This document shows, one piece after another, positions 23,263 through 36,814 of a stretch of DNA of 64,000 nucleotides. Numbering within the stretch: the first letter of the stretch is position 1; each line of letters begins with the position of its first letter. Source of the stretch: Octopus vulgaris (lineage: Eukaryota); the NCBI GenBank assembly GCA_951406725.2, contig OX597825.1, forward strand, positions 51,336,001-51,400,000, written 5' to 3'. The notes under the pieces are model-generated. The model saw only the letters and a list, made by a program, of their open reading frames with translations, did not search any database and was not told the DNA's origin. The position numbers were made by a program, and so were the translations under genes.

Positions 23263-25609
23263 ATAGAAACTGTGTCGTGAACAACATGACGCCTGAGAAG
23301 CATATATCAGGCCAATGCTTTATGCATACCAATGATAAACGCTTTTAGCTGTTTACATTAGTATTTTGTGGTTAAGTAGTTATTTAAGTGACAACGTCAA
23401 TGAATTGCTGATTTGTATGACCGACCGTAGAATTTCAACTCTATCTAGAAACACTACTATGTGATTCAGTGTACGTCTGTAAAAAAGAAAGATTCTGATT
23501 GTCAGACCTATGTTTGATGTATAATGCTACACTGTAAGCTGTACATGTTGCAAATATTTGAATAATTGTCCTAGACTGAAGTATGTGCATTTACATTAAC
23601 AAAAAATAATTATTTTCAAATATTAAATATTAATATATATCTAAACGCGTGACATAGGAGTTCAATTTAAGGGACACGCATTATTTATATGATGTATAGG
23701 GACATGTCCTCTCGTTGACTTCGATAGAAGTGTTAACGTATTCTAAGAGCAAAGGAAAAGTAACTATTGCAGTATCAGAAAAGGAAGCAATGAGAGGATA
23801 CATTATCATTATTCAAGTTGTTGAAGTTAATCAGTTAAAACGGAGTTGATCAGACAAATAGTTTATAGTATCAATTAATTGAACCTACAATGTTTGTTTA
23901 GCAGCTGCTTTTTTCCTAGACAAGTGTGGGAAATTGTAATATGGAGGCTGCTATTTTTTCTTGTAAGTCAGAATCGAAGTGTTTTTGATAATCTGGACAC
24001 GAGCGTAAGTATGTCACGTAATTTTAGCATTGCAATGAAAGTTAGGTGCTCTGGTCTAGCTGCTATTATTCTATAACAATCAATAGTAAAAGAAAAAACT
24101 GAACGCTCCTTAAATTAGTTCAAGAAAAAAATAACTCATAGTTTGTTATTGAAAACTGAATTACTCTCAGGGTGGTTCATTCTTAGATAAACAATAAATC
24201 ACAGACTCTTACATAGACACACGCCTGGTGACGTCATTTAATGTGGTTCTGATATATTTCCGTAACACACGATTGGATTGATAGATATCGGAAAATACGA
24301 AGCGTTGTTTGAATAATCGATTTGTCCAAAAGACGTGAGTTATTTTCTCGATCCTCGAGGAATCATGAGATATTCTCGCACATCACAAAAACTGCAAGTT
24401 CCTTTAATTTACTTTAAGCAAATATAAGACCTGCAATAAAACCACGGTGTATGAGGAGAAAAAGTATTTCAATCAGATGGTCGGGTCATCTGCTAAGTAG
24501 TATTCTCTATCAAGTGGATTAACCTCCGTTAAAGTGGAGATTCGATATTGAAGCAGTAGACTCTATTAAGTCACTTGCATATGATTTTCAAACTAATCCT
24601 TAGAGCTTGACAGAGAAAATTTCAATTTTCTTTTCCCTCTATCAATCACGAATCTATTTTGGTCAAGAAGTGAACCATTCCTCGAATGCCATTTTCTTTA
24701 TTATGTTTGCTTAAGAAAATTCTGAAAGATTGAATTTTCAAAGAGCTAAGACTGAAACAGCAATGCTATTCTATTGTATATGTGTTAGTTTGAATTAATG
24801 CACATAATCTGACACACACACACTACTTTCTTTCCCCACCGCTATTGTACACATACATTTGCACACATACATATATACACGCATATAAAACCCTTCTGCG
24901 TATGTATTTGTATGTGTCTGCGTAGAAAGTAATAGTACTATGTCTGCATAAATGTGAGTACAGATATATTTACCACCAACGCCGCCTTCATGAAACTTTT
25001 AAACACTCATCGACCCGGTGTCTGTAACAAATGAAAAGTATTAGGTAATGGAGTTCAAGATTGACGGAATAATCACTGATAAAAAACTTCCGAGCTCAGG
25101 TCTGTTGGTACAACACGACGGAAATAAGATCTCTCACTCATATTCTTGTTTGTAAATCTTATTAACTGTACATGTAGTGACCCCTTCGCTTATTCCTGCA
25201 TCACTTGATGAAAAACATCGTCGAAATTCTTACATCGATCACGTTTACTCTACAAATATGTTTCCCTTTGCTTCGAAATATGCCCCTGGAGTTGTTTGTG
25301 TTAGGAATGGATTTAATATGAAGATAGCAACACAAACGGTCTCAAACACAATATCACTTATTTTAGGTGACCTATGTTGAGAACGGGGGATGACTGGGCG
25401 GGGTCTAACACATTAACGTTTCCACATTGGTTCATATTCTGTTAAATCCACTACGTTGTGGTCATAGCCAAAACAAAAGTGAAATCGATCAACGGGGTAA
25501 GACATAATTTGTGTAGCAAGAAGCAATTCGTAACCACCTAGAAATGTCATTCTTCTTGTTTTTTGAAAGAAAAAAAAAATTCTTACAGATCTTCAATGTT
25601 TACCAATTC

Positions 25610-25985
25610 TAAGCTGGTGACCTAGCAGAATCTTTAGCACGCCAAACAAAATGCTCGGTGGTATTTCGTTTGTCAGCGAAACACTAGGGTCAATATAATC
25701 AACTTAACCCCTCATCCAAATCTGTTGGCTTTGTGCCAACAATTTGTAACAAATATTTACCAATTGTAAGGCGGTGACCTGGCAGAATTATTATCGTGCC
25801 GGGTAAACTGCTCAGCGACATTTCGTCCGTCATTACGCACCGAGTTCAAATTCTGCAGGAGTCGACTTTGTCTTTCATCATTTCGGGGACGATAAAATAA
25901 GTAGCAGTTAAACATTGGAATCGATGTAATCGACCTACTTCCTTCCTCGAAGTTGCTCGGCCTTATGCCAAAATTGAAATCAATA
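25610..25985 (+). mobile_element. Two tandem family A SINEs (25610-25755 internally deleted; 25769-25985 near full length)
   Basis: Repeated head GGTGACCT.GCAGAAT; core GTCGACTTTG.CTTTCATC in the second copy. Confidence 0.82.
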
Positions 25986-26049
25986 TTTACCAATTAATTG
26001 TAGGATGCCATATATTTGTTACTAACGTTTATGGTTGTTATATTGCTGC

Positions 26050-26430
26050 TATTGTTGTACAGTATTGAAGATGTGTTGATGTTATATTTACGTCTTGATG
26101 GTGTCGGTGAGTACCAATTCTATGATTGCCCTGTATTACTGTTCCGTTGGTACTTAATGAAGTTGTGGTGTTGTGTTAATACTATGTTCTACCAGTCTTG
26201 TACTGCATGTGTATTGTGCTATGAACTTAATGTTGTATGTGTGCTGTGTTTGTCCTGTAAGTTTACTGAGTGAATAGTGTGAGTTGATAAACTGGACTTA
26301 CGTTTGTCGTATGTTGAATATATTTTCCCTATTTGTGAAATATTGATGCACATTAGGAATATATTTATAGTTTGCTGATTCTACATTTGGGCTTACGTTG
26401 TTAATAGTTGTGTTAAAGTGTCTGAAAACA
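26050..26430 (-). pseudogene. Possible highly decayed Penelope-like GIY-YIG fragment
   Basis: Strong strand bias; frameshifted minus-strand pieces SSLSTH / LQDK / YNIKF recall the PLE endonuclease C-terminal motif. Confidence 0.3.
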
Positions 26431-29400
26431 TGTGTTCTTATAAAAAAAAATCGACGCACCGGTATACTTTCACAAACATTTTAGATGAATTTCAAATATT
26501 ATTCTCGTTTCTTTCCCTAACTAAACTTCTATTTTGTTTCCGGAGAAACCTGTAATGTACGGAAACGTTACTTTCGTGTTATAGTACTGGTCACTTTAAT
26601 GAACACGCAAAGTGAATTATTGCATATTATGATCGCTGTTAATTCTCTTGAGAAACGCGTCATTAAAATTCCTTGAAATACTTCACTGTAAAGTAACCTA
26701 ATAAATGAACATCCTTCCTACTGAGAGAATCAACAATTAGAAACCAAATACAACGGATTCCTCAGTTGATTGATGGCAGCAACTTCACGAATGTAGTAAA
26801 GATGGTCGTATAACAATGGCGGTGCCATGTAGTTTCGACTTACGTGTATTTCAAAATTTTAAAATATTTATATGTCATAATGGTGCGGCATTTAGGAAGA
26901 AAAGAAATGTGCTGTTGTGATTTTCACACATCTCCAAGTATTACTTTGGCAAGCAAAGCCAATTACATTTAGCCTAGGAATTGAAACAGTGTTTTCTACT
27001 CGTCTTGATGTTAATTCAACCCGATGCGCTACGATTCTCCAAACACAATATAATAATACTGTCGTTGTTATACAGTTATAATTGTTTTCGTTGTGACACA
27101 CTGTAATTTGCTCCCAGTAACAATGTCAAAGTAATGAATTAAATGTTTATATCATTTTATTTTGTTTGTTGTCATTGTTGTTTCATTTATATTCTATTTT
27201 TGTTTAAAATATGAGCGTTAAAATGATATCACGATTTAATATTAAATATATGTTCAATGAAACAATATTTCACCCAATGAACTTGTTTCGCATTTCATCT
27301 GCACAGTGTGATTAAAATATTTCGCCTTTCACAAACCATCGTACATCGTGACAATATCAAATATTTTTCATAGATTTTATAAATAATTCCAAAATTCGTG
27401 ATGTTCACTTTCTTTGAATAGTGAATCGAAATGAAAATCAAAAATTTATCAATTGATCGTGGCAAAAATACAGAAACAAAACAAGTTTTGTTAACAGATT
27501 TTATTAAACCCAAGATAGATCATTTTTGAGTTATTATTACATCGACAAAATAGTCGTGAATGTCAGAGGTTTCTCTTACATGAAAAAAAAGTAAAAAAAT
27601 ATAACGATGCAAGAACCATTTACGTATGCACGCTTTGTCATTAGTTTCAACACTTGACCTCATCCTTTGTCCTCCAACAAAATTATTTACATTGTACATA
27701 GACACAGATGAGTGACCGTTATAATAGTTTAGAGTAACGAAACTACATTTGCATTTGGACCATTTTAGAGACACACACAATCTTACACAGATTCGTGCGA
27801 AATTAATTGCAGTTTTTGTCACTTTAAATGCAAGCTTTTTCGCAGTTAACTATATTAACGATATTCCCTTGTAATATACCATATTGCGAAGATATCAGTC
27901 TGTTTTCTTTCTTTTTTTATGATAATGGATCGAATTTCACAGTTTATTGTTGTCTATTATAAACTGTCAAATTAAAAGAAAAAAATTATTTGTAGGGAAT
28001 ATGCACCTCTGATGTCAGATAAATGATACAGCGGATATTTGATAGATACCGTGAAAATCAGAGTAACAATCAACACTTTTTTCAACTCAAATATAATAAA
28101 GCCCTTCATGCTAAGGATTCTTTTTTCATTTTCTTGTGCACTGAATTTTTTGCGCTATAGTAATATCCATACATCAAGAAACATGCATCTCCACACGCTC
28201 ATCCCACATGGACGTTTACACGCCTGCCCACACCCATATCACAGCTGTCCCTGTAAATTCTATTCAATGAAGGTTGTAAATTATATGCGATTAGTGGAAT
28301 CTACGATAATTTTGTTAATTGTCTACCAGCCCTTGTGGTCGCAAGTAGACATGGTTACTCTCCGGACCGTCTCAGAGTTAAACAAGGGTAACATTGGGAA
28401 TGTGATGGGTTGACTGGTAACTAATTCTCAGGTGAGTAAAAAGAAACAACGGGAAATAGAATACCACACTCAAACAATGTGTCACCTGGACTAGGTGTTG
28501 AACCCTCGAGCTTATGATCATAAGACCAACATTGCAAAACTTAGTCCACAGACACTCACACTTGTTCGTCTTTACTGGTATAAGTAATGTTTGTGCGTTT
28601 GTATATATAATGTATATATGTATATACATGTGCGCGTGTGTGAAATCAACTGAAGAATGCTTATGTAGTTGTTTGCGATGCATCAAATAGTAACCATATT
28701 TATCACAAATCTAGCAAGAGAGGCATTGGAAGAAATACATAGAATAATGTGGTCCTCCTCGGTGGCAAAATGGGACGGCCACAACTGGGATGGTTTTAGA
28801 TAATAGATCTACACAATCGGGAGAAAGAGATAACAACATACTTCTCATTTTATGAATACAAGTGTATGTGTGTGTGTGTGCTACACTTGCAATTCCCCAA
28901 GTGATTTTGATATTTATGTTTTACTACTCTCAAGCATTAAGTACAATAGAAAATTTATTTTTCTTCAAAGAATTTGAAGACCTAGAATATTATAGACTTC
29001 GTTTTAGTGTTCAACCTATTCTAGTCATCTTGATGACTTTAATTCTCCAAATAAATTACTCCTGTGCCGCTAATAAATAAAACAATAGTCACGTTGAAAA
29101 AAATACGCAGAGGAAACAAACAATATTTAAAGAAAAAAGTATAATACCATTAACCGGAAGATATTTTCGTAAAGGAATGTCGAATTTAGTTTAATAGATT
29201 TTATAGATCTAAAAGACTTAAGAGAACATAAGAGAAATACCACACGGAACTCCATCATCCGCTCATCACTCAAGTAAAATTTATTGCATTGAATTTCTCT
29301 AAATAGAATAAGATGCTTAATTTAAAATAAGAATGGCTTTAAAGTGGATCGTCATAATCCTTATGTGTAAGAGTATGTATGTACGTATGTACGTATGTAT

Positions 29401-31365
29401 GCATGTATGTATGTATGCATGTATGCACATGTGTGTGTATCTATACGCGTACATATAGATGTGTATGTATCTATGAGTATATGCATCTTACTATATGTAT
29501 GTATAAATGTGCGTGTGTGTACACATGTATGTATGTATACACTTGCAATTCTAAATGTGTGTGTGTTACTCAAAGTGAGTACATAGTGAGAGGTGGATGA
29601 TAGATACATAGGCCACCATAGATAGATAATTACTTGTATATGCAATTTCGCAAGTTCAGCTTTCTTCTCATCTCAAAACCGGTAACTATTCAATTATTCC
29701 ACCTGATTATAAAACATTTTACCCTTCTGTTCTTATATTCTAAATACCATACAATTAATTCAATCACCTCTCTCTCTCTCATTACTTGCTATATTTCTTC
29801 CACCATTTTCCACCTTCTAATCCAATTAAATACTCCAATCAAACTAGTTCTTCATAAAATTTTGAAACTTTCTCGTTGAAAATAAATTTAAATATTCTCA
29901 CAAATATATCTACTAATTCCAGCCAATCTTGATTTTGATGAAATTTTTGTTTCAAAGAAAATCTGAAGAAACCGTGTTCTCTCATCCCCACCCTCGTCAC
30001 TTTTCGCGTTGGCATCAAAATTACTTTAGGGTATTTCATGTCAATTATTCATAGACTGCTAGTAAGTCTAAATAAGCTTTGTTTGTACCCAGAACATTTC
30101 TTTTTATTCAGTAATGGCCTCACGCAACTTCAATAACCGAATTCTATTGTTTCTCCAATTATTTTTATATATTTTCTCTCTGTAGTTCTTATGTGCCAAT
30201 TTTTCTACTCGTGTTTCTTTTATTTTGTAAATTGTTGCAACATTTTTTCCTTTCTCTTATTGACTGTCACTTCCATATTTCTTCAGCCAATGCAATGTCT
30301 ACCAACTGAGATTAGTCTATTCATTCTTTATGATTGCACATATTTTCGTTTGTCTTTTCAATCTCGTACATTCACCTACAGAATAATAGAGAATACTTGA
30401 CAAGACTGCTATTTACGGACGTGATCATATAAGTTCTTTAGCCATTACTATTAGGATTTAACAACTGCAATGTTAGATGTTCTTTATATATTTGCGTGTG
30501 TTTGTGTGTAAGTCTGTGTATATATATGACTATATATACATATACATACACGTATGTATACATATATCTATAGAAGTATATGCGCATGTGTGTGCTCGCG
30601 CGCATGTATCAATTGCGTGCGTGAATGCTATATATACAACAGGGTCTTCTTAAATATATGAAAATAATTTTGTAAAGAATGTGTGCGACAGATTGTTACG
30701 AAATATTAAAAACAGGTCAATGTGAATGTGTGTGACATTATAGATGTAACTATTCTGGGTACCGAATTAACCCGGATAGGACAGTAAAGTTATTCTTTTA
30801 ATTAATGTGTCGCATTTGGAATGCCCTACAAATTAATGTGTCGTGTATCATGTGATGTAAGAAAATGAATATATCGACAATTGATATTCGTTTAGACAAT
30901 CTCAAAATTTGATTTTAGAATTTTAAAGAAAAGCATGGGAAGAGATATAAAGGTGGTGCGAAACATAAGATTTCTTGCTTCCTGGCCTTAGAATTTTTAG
31001 AGTGTGTGGTTGTATTGGGTGGATCAGTTGTTATAGGCTTGCGATAGTCAGTGGGGCTACCGAATGCGATTTTTGTTTTGTTTTGTTTTTGTTTTTAGAG
31101 AGTTGTTGGATCGGTGTTGACTCTTCTTAGCAACCAGAGTGATATCGATTTCAGATCGAGAGTTGGGTGCGTACTTTCGGGCGATGATTAAGGCCATCTT
31201 TAAGAGAATAAGTGATATTGAAGGATACTAATTTGAAATTTATTTTCTCTTCTCACTATCCTCTATCTGAATACCTCGCCAATTCCCCCTTTAATACACG
31301 TAGCTCTTCACAAAATCATTCCATCTTTGAACTTCTTTCTGTTAACACCTCTAATATAAGATAAC

Positions 31366-31457
31366 TTTCCTGAAGATGGAGGTTCGTCTCATCCGACGAT
31401 GGAATCAATCTACAAACATTATTACAACCACTGAGTCATCAGAAGCAGCTGTTGGAT
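31366..31457 (+). ncRNA. Degenerate hammerhead-like motif
   Basis: ttc-CTGAAGA-tggaggttc..gagtcatca-GAAGC-agct-GTT-gga. One core substitution; palindromic AGCT loop. Confidence 0.4.
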
Positions 31458-31691
31458 TTGTAATACTTTTCTTCAAACATTTAGTTCTTGATAGCATTTA
31501 TAGTCTCTGTAAGTCAGAACATTTTCTATGTAAACATACATACAATTTTTGTAAACATGTATTTAATATACATTGTATATTGACATGCCTAACTTACTTA
31601 TCTTTACATTTACAGATAACTTCATATATATATATACATTATTTACATTATTTACATTTGACGGACTTTGTCCTCATCTTGTTTGTTGTTT

Positions 31692-31735
31692 ACACAACGT
31701 TACGGCTGATATACCCTCCAGCCTTCATCAGGTGT
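31692..31735 (-). ncRNA. Minimal hammerhead-like motif inside an (ATT)n-containing repeat (~31655-31890)
   Basis: Minus strand: acac-CTGATGA-a-ggctg(gagggtatat)cagcc-GTAAC-GTT-gtgt. Stem I acac/gtgt, stem II ggctg/cagcc, palindromic AACGTT stem III; GAAAC altered to GTAAC. Confidence 0.6.
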
Positions 31736-31783
31736 CTTGAGGAAATTTCGAACCTGGGTTCTCATTCCTAAGGTATTTTTCGA

Positions 31784-31785
<2 letters not shown>

Positions 31786-31866
<81 letters not shown>
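31786..31866. repeat. (ATT)n trinucleotide microsatellite
   Basis: Read directly; source of the poly-I/L/N ORFs in the track. Confidence 0.95.
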
Positions 31867-31867
<1 letters not shown>

Positions 31868-31904
31868 TCAGGTTACTGCTTGGAATCGTATGTGTATACG
31901 TATA

Positions 31905-31937
<33 letters not shown>

Positions 31938-31971
31938 GTGTATGTATATATATATATATATATATATACAT

Positions 31972-32027
31972 ATAGGGCGAAAACGACCTGTCTCAAGCAT
32001 GCTGGAGACAGGTCGTTTTCGCGCTAT
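31972..32027. repeat. 56-bp GC-rich palindrome with 2 mismatches
   Basis: ATAGGGCGAAAACGACCTGTCTCAAGCA|TGCTGGAGACAGGTCGTTTTCGCGCTAT. Confidence 0.9.
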
Positions 32028-33399
32028 CTCCCATGATATAATTGTATATATACAGAAAAAGAGAGACAGAGAGAGAGAGAGAGATTATGTCTGTTGTCAT
32101 TTGGCTGCCATTTCTAGCCACGTCGCCGACCGTGTAGAAGGTATTTCTGTCTCTTCGCATTAAGTTAATTAACGAGAGAGAACGTGGTGAACACACCCAC
32201 TAACATACTAGCAATACACTGTCACACACACATACTGCATTAACTTCTAATTATTTTTCAGAAACAACCAAAACTAACGTTTGAGTCAAATTTTCAGCGG
32301 ATGTCAGCAACAGATGGTCCACGTAAGCTGGAAGTTTTCAGTTTTGACGGTGATTTTTTAGTTTCTTTTCACGGCGCCCTTGGAAATAATCTGGAGAATC
32401 CTTTTAACAAAAACATTTTTCAAAAAACATTTTTTTCCCTCATCGTCTCTTCCCTTCTCTGGTTGATTTTGGTCGATTTTGTGGGTACTATGCACGATGA
32501 ATGTTTTTGAGAACTACACGCTTAAAAACTATTTGAAAAGAGTTTTCGGTTAAAGAAAAAAGTATGTTCAGACGGAAAGATGTGTGATTAAATGGAGATT
32601 GGGATGTCATTTCTAGCATATCCCATGACCAGTAAGGTTTTTCAAAGATATAATTTTTAATAGTACAAATGTGTATATGCAAAATGTCCATACTTGTTTT
32701 CAGACTTTTATTTGTTGGACATTCATGTGTTTTACTTGGCCTGTTTTTAAGCGGTCATATAATGTTTCACATGCAGTAAAATCATAGTTATCCTGTGTAA
32801 CCCATAAAGCGCAGCATCAGTAATTGGTAACACAACTGGTGAGTTTATAACCAGTTTTTATTTTGTGTGTGTTATATTCTGCGTTCAACACGTTACCACC
32901 GACTAAACCGAATTAATCTCTAATAACAAGAAGTCTGAAAACAAGCATGGCCGTTGGGGACAAACTTACGAAAATGCTTTGGACAGCAATAATTATATTT
33001 TGATTACTTGATAGGTACAGGAAGATAAGTGCATGTCTTGTCTAAATTATAAAATGTCACAAAATATTATGAATTACATATCGGAATAATAGAAATGGAG
33101 ATAAATACATTTAATGGAAAACGGGCTCGAATAGCTAGTGATAACAACACTGGTACAACTTTTAAATCATTGCCGGTTACAGCGAATATGATTTTATACT
33201 GATGATATAAATCTTCAAATGAATGTTTCAAAGCACAATCTGATCCTGGTTCATGATATCTGGAATACGAACTCTCTATTTGCACTAATACGCAACAATT
33301 AGAAAGACAAAATCTATCAGAGTGGTAGTAAGATGTTACTAGACCAGATCGCCTTTCCGGATGACGATTGACTAAAATTTATTACACATAATGAGAATA

Positions 33400-34760
33400 G
33401 TGCTGTAAAGTTAATTGAACTCCTCAACATCTAAAACTACCATTGATTTAGTGTTCGTCGAAACCAACAGATATGCTCAGGAGTATATGGGATCATCCCA
33501 TCAAGTTCATCGTACATCAACAATCGCTAGATGGTGTACTGACATCACAAAAGAAGAGATGAAAATTCTTCTTGGGTTCATTCTTGCTACATGACTATCA
33601 AATTATCCTACGCTATAGATTACTGGGTAGAAAATGCTTTATTCAATCATCCACTATTCCATTTAATTGGCATAAGTTATAGTGGATTTGACCCTTCTAA
33701 AATCATAACATTTTACGGACTATCCAGATTTTCAACACAAGGAAAACTGCATAGACTATATTTCGTAGAAGCGCTTATTTCTAATATTCAATAAGTATAT
33801 GTGCCCGATTAAGAAATTTCCGTAAATAAGACTGTGATCCCTTGTGGGGGTAGGATTCTATTTTGACAATATATTCCAAGAAAAGCACATATATGTAGAA
33901 TAAAATTGTTCAAGTTTGGGTGAGATGAAAGTTTGCAGTATATTGTGGGAAAGAGAAAATATAACTGGCTTGGACTATGCCAGGTCAGTTGTTACATTGC
34001 CTGAATCCCTGTTTAGTGAAGGAAGACGTTTGGTAGCTGGTAAAGTATACAGTAGTATTCATTTTGCAAATCATCTAAGAGGCAAAAATACTGATTACTG
34101 TGGAATGATGACGTCCAATAGAATATGCATACATATTTCAGTAAAAGATGCTAAAATGAGAAGTAGAAATTAAAAAATGGTAGTAAACAAAGAAGAACAA
34201 TGAACAATGAACATATAGGGAAGCAAAGCAAGTGTTTCTGATTTCAAATTTCTCTGATCACATCAGAGATAATGGTAAAATCAACTGCACAGTTAATATT
34301 ATCTTTAAATTCCAGGTTATTTTAGATTATGTAAGAGCAATGGAAGGTATCGATCTTTCAGATCAGATAATCTCGTATGAAAAAGTGTAAAGTGATATCG
34401 AAATATTTTATTTGTATCTCATAGGTATTGCACTACAAAACGATTTTATTCTATACAAGTTTTCTACTTCACAACAACCTATCAAGTTAGGACTTTGCAT
34501 ATTATTCTGTACTTCAAGAATCAAAAAGCGTGATAGCTTACAAGAAAAACGCGGACACTTGCCAAAATTCCGAGAAAATATTACAGTAAAATTTCTAGAG
34601 ACTTATGAAATAGATTTTATGAAAAATTACTCGCATTTCTGGTTGCAAGGAAGTTGTAGCTAAAGCAAAGCCAGTTTCTACAGAATATACTACAAATTTA
34701 CATTCAAGAGAATGTGCCACAAACCATATTGCTTGGGATATTTGAATATTGCACTCGAAA
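33400..34760 (+). pseudogene. piggyBac transposase relic (many stops and frameshifts)
   Basis: Recognisable blocks ETNRYAQ, TDITKEEMKILLGFIL, DYW, GRILF*QYIPRKAH..IKLFK, EGIDLSDQIISY. TIRs not confidently located. Confidence 0.85.
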
Positions 34761-34934
34761 ATAAGTGTTATTTTAACACAGAATAATCCAATTTATAGAC
34801 AAGTCGGAGAAGTATAAGGAACATTCTAGGAGCAAAGGATAGTGGAGTTATGCTATGATGTAATCTATGAATACGTCAATAAAATAAAATTCTACTGAAA
34901 CAGCTGCAGTAAATTTCACACCAATTTCTGTTAT

Positions 34935-35127
<193 letters not shown>

Positions 35128-36167
35128 ACGTATATATATGTTGCAATATACGTGATTCACAGGAAACGTCACTGATAATCTGACATTCTTCTTAACTTTT
35201 CTGTATAGAGAATAGCTACATTTGAGCAAAATGAATTACTTTATGAATTCGTTTTTCAATTTGATATAATTGAATAAATCTTGAAATAAATTTCTTCTGA
35301 AATCAATAGACGCGTAAATTAAGTATACCCTTGCATATAAAATTGATAATGGAAGCTAAAAAGGATAATTGTAAATAAAGAAACAACAAATTTTACATTT
35401 CCTCCTTTGTGAAAAAACGTTTTACACCTCTTTTCTCATTACATTTGAAATACTGAATAATGCAATCTATGATTACATCAGTAAAAGTCCACCGAAACAG
35501 CTGCACTAAATTTTAAAACCCTATCTATGTTATTCCTTTTATATTTACGTCAGACCTAGCACAACCATGAGTTGGATCTCCGGTTTACATTGAATTCCAT
35601 GCTTCTGTATATATACACTTGCTGTATATAGGAGATATAATGTCTGCTTTTATCTCACTGTGGTCTCAATGTAACTGTAACTAGCTAGTCCATGTACCTA
35701 GCTATTGATGCACCTAGATTCTAAATTCTAGTGAATATTGAAGCTAATCTATCTCGCTGTCTATATCTATATTTATGATATATTTGTGTGCGTGAGAAAG
35801 AGAGAGCGTGTGTGTATGTGTGTGTAAATGTGTGGGGGTGGTGTATGTGTGTATGTGTGTGTGTATGTAGCCACTTGTGATTTAGGCTCTTTCTAATATA
35901 AAGCTTTCCTCTCATTAGTCACAAGTGCGAGAAAAAATTGCAAGTGCATCATATATGATGCATGGAAAGTAGGGGAAACCTGTCCTGTGTATCACATCTG
36001 ATACCCAGAACCAGAAATGACCCACGTTGTTATTTTACCTCTTTTATAGAAAATCAAGAACTATTCTTCCTCATGGAATGTACTATACAGTGCATCGTAT
36101 AACAACAATTTGATCAGTGTCGATTGCCAATATAAACGATAGCTGCATGTCCTGTTTCTTTTTTCAG

Positions 36168-36200
36168 GCAACTAGTTAAAGAACTTAACAAATTACAATG
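36168..36200 (+). CDS. Candidate 33-nt frame-preserving microexon (phase 2-2; QLVKELNKLQ)
   Basis: Acceptor CCTGTTTCTTTTTTCAG| and donor TG|GTATGT; only one of three frames is open; surrounding sequence not recognisably repetitive. Confidence 0.35.
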
Positions 36201-36814
36201 GTATGTCTATGAAAACGAATTAGTTTCACTTGCAGAGAAATGCCCAAACAAAGTTATAACACTTAAGGGCATTTCGCTCGGGTGGAATATAATGCAGATA
36301 AGGACATTTCATTCTGGTGGCAGGAAAATTTGGCAAAATCTTTGTTTATTGAAAGAAATTATTATTTCAGTGGCCCACATCTGAAATTACTTACACAGAA
36401 CAGGTCATTCTAGCTTTAAGGAGCCACTCAAAGAGGTACAAAATGACAGTTCCATTTGCAATGTTGTTAAAGGGTCTGAGCATCAATAGTTCTCAATCCA
36501 ACCGAGTTGAAAGCCTGACATGAATGCTCAATATCTGTTTTTATTTCTGACTCTTCATCGGGCTTTTCAAGAACTCATATTGCAACTCGAATGCAATCAC
36601 AGTCTTGCTCTTTGGTGATTTGAAGCAAACTCTTGCTGTCATTATAAAGAGAATGGGTGTCTCTACAGTAAAGTTTAGAAAAGTATTAGTACTTCAACTG
36701 GTCAACGATTGGCTAGTAGTTGATATTTCGGATTAAGATGTCAAATTACAAATCAAAAATATAGAACAATTCTCAATATTTCAAGAAATGCTTTTGAATG
36801 TTTAATTTATCCTA

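Noticed and set aside
27302-27880. CACAGTG heptamer suggesting a Transib/RSS-like terminus
   Set aside because: No convincing partner end, nonamer or 5-bp TSD.
28330-28431. Segment with a plausible acceptor and CAG|GTGAGT donor
   Set aside because: Stops in all three frames; at most a non-coding exon, unsupported without RNA data.
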